Of a stretch of 64,000 nt of DNA, positions 62,502 to 64,000 are shown piece by piece (position 1 is the stretch's first letter; each line of letters opens with the position of its first letter). Source of the stretch: Blastocystis sp. Blastoise (lineage: Eukaryota > Protista > Bigyra: Opalinata); the NCBI GenBank assembly GCA_039096225.1, contig JBBPEB010000030.1:682001-746000 (forward strand), read 5' to 3'. Position numbers and translations under genes: made by a program. Under the pieces are notes generated by a model that worked only from the letters and a program-made list of their open reading frames with translations, searched no databases and was not told where the DNA came from.

Positions 62502-63604
62502 ACGAGATGCACCATTTTGTCTTAATCTTGTTCTAACAACCTACATATATATATATAAATATATAAATATATATATATATACTTCATGTGGATATGTACA
62601 CAGTGTAGCGATTAACTTGGATAAAGCAGCATCCAAAAAACTTCTCCATTTTGGTGTTTCTTTTCCTTTTTGTTTGTATACGCTATCACTGTAAGACTTG
62701 ATATATTCATACATCGTAAATTGAATAGCAGTTTCAGATAGACCTAAATAGCTGGCATTTAATCCTTTGAAAAACCCTTTCATTCCCGCCTCTTTATAGA
62801 TTTCCCGGGTAATATCTTTAATACCACGATGATTCTCAGTGTATATATATTAAGGAGTATTTAAATAATGAATCAAAATTATTAATAAAATCATAATAAA
62901 CAAAATAACTTAAATAAATCAATAAAAAGGATATATATTGATTGAGTTGAATTCTAGTTTTGATAACCCAAATAGGACAAGTAGCAGTAACTGCAACAGA
63001 TCCCGCCAAAAGAGACGATATTAATGCACTTGAAATGTGATTCAATGCTGAATATTTCTTCAACATATCTTTACTATTCTCATAACTATATAATAATTAT
63101 TATTTTTATAATATATTTATTATATAATATTTAATATAATAATAAATGTAGTAATAATAATAATAAATACACATAGAAATGAATAGCTCTTGAAGGAGCG
63201 ACACTTATAGCCATTAACTAAACAAAAAATGAGTTACAAAAATTATGTTACAAATATAACATACAAATCCACCTCTCCAAAGACCATGAATTCCTTCAGT
63301 TTTTCCTATGTCATAAATACCACGAAATACACCTGAAAATCCTTTGTATTCCTCGAATATTCCACTCTATAGAGAATGATTGTTACTAATAAAAGATTTT
63401 AAATAATATATACTTGATACCTGGTTTTGATGACTTCTAACGGACATGTACATAATGCTCCTAAATACAACAAATAAACCTAATGCAGAATAATAAGTAA
63501 AATATACCAGTGATTCCACCCACCAAACCTGCAACAAAGCTATTAAACCCACTGCTTTGTGAATTCTTTACTTGTTGACTAAAAGGCGATCCTTTTGGTT
63601 GCAT
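62298..63604 (-). CDS. Mitochondrial carrier, pyrimidine-nucleotide carrier type (SLC25A33/36, Rim2-like)
   Basis: Three Px[DE]xx[KR]xR-type repeats: CPLEVIKTR, CPIWVIKTR, YPHEVVRTR. Also PSRAIHF, ASYLGLSE and RVVPNAAIMF. Confidence 0.9.
62841..62934 (-). other. U12-type AT-AC intron (mitochondrial carrier)
   Basis: Minus strand CAA TAT|ATATCCTTT...TCCTTAAT ATATATAC|ACT GAG; consensus donor and branch; phase 0; restores the frame. Confidence 0.92.
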
Positions 63605-64000
63605 CGTCAAATAAGTTGATAACAATTATAGATAATCGAATTGTTTCTAGCTGATCCAGCACGTAAATAATGACTAGAACTACTCAAATAAGTAATAGCA
63701 ACAGCCAACTATGAAATAAAAAGAATTTGTTAGAAGTTCTCTTTTGAATGGTGAAACTAATGGGGAACTTTAATTAATCATGAAAATGATTCGTTCTTCA
63801 GTTCATTTTCTCATTTTTTCTGAAGAACAACAAAAATAGAATCATTTTCATACCCATCTTTTTCTATGATTATTTTTGCTGTTTCAAGAATTAGAAGCAT
63901 GATATTTATGTATCAGTAATATATTCATTATTGTTATAATACGAGAATCTCAGAGTTGCATGATCATCATAATATTTAGTAGAATTGATATTGTAAATGA

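Overview
This is a very AT-rich, intron-dense eukaryotic nuclear sequence using the standard genetic code. I infer a gut-dwelling stramenopile of the Blastocystis type, based on an HRM/Ig surface protein, a bacterial-type two-domain class II aldolase and short introns. Manual splicing gives 16 protein-coding genes: an SYCP2-like meiotic axis protein, a mitochondrial coiled-coil protein, a degenerate aspartyl protease, a 15-kb Piezo channel gene, a low-complexity protein, the TFIIIC TPR subunit, a TAZ zinc-finger protein, a PP6-like phosphatase, centromeric histone H3, a secreted HAD phosphatase, pyruvate kinase, an HRM/Ig membrane protein, WDR76, an STE20 kinase, a class II aldolase and an SLC25A33/36-like carrier. 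There is also tRNA-Gly(GCC) and an aberrant 90-nt tRNA-like gene. The main discovery is in splicing. Of roughly 150 hand-traced introns, five are AT-AC introns with minor-spliceosome (U12) donor and branch signals, three of them within 1.3 kb of Piezo. A second set of non-canonical introns (AT-AC, AT-AG, possibly GT-AC) lacks U12 signals and instead mimics the local GTATAT...TATATAG consensus. A GC-rich quasi-palindromic motif, TTCCCRYGGGAA, recurs across the window far more often than composition predicts. All splice models are manual and untested against transcripts.
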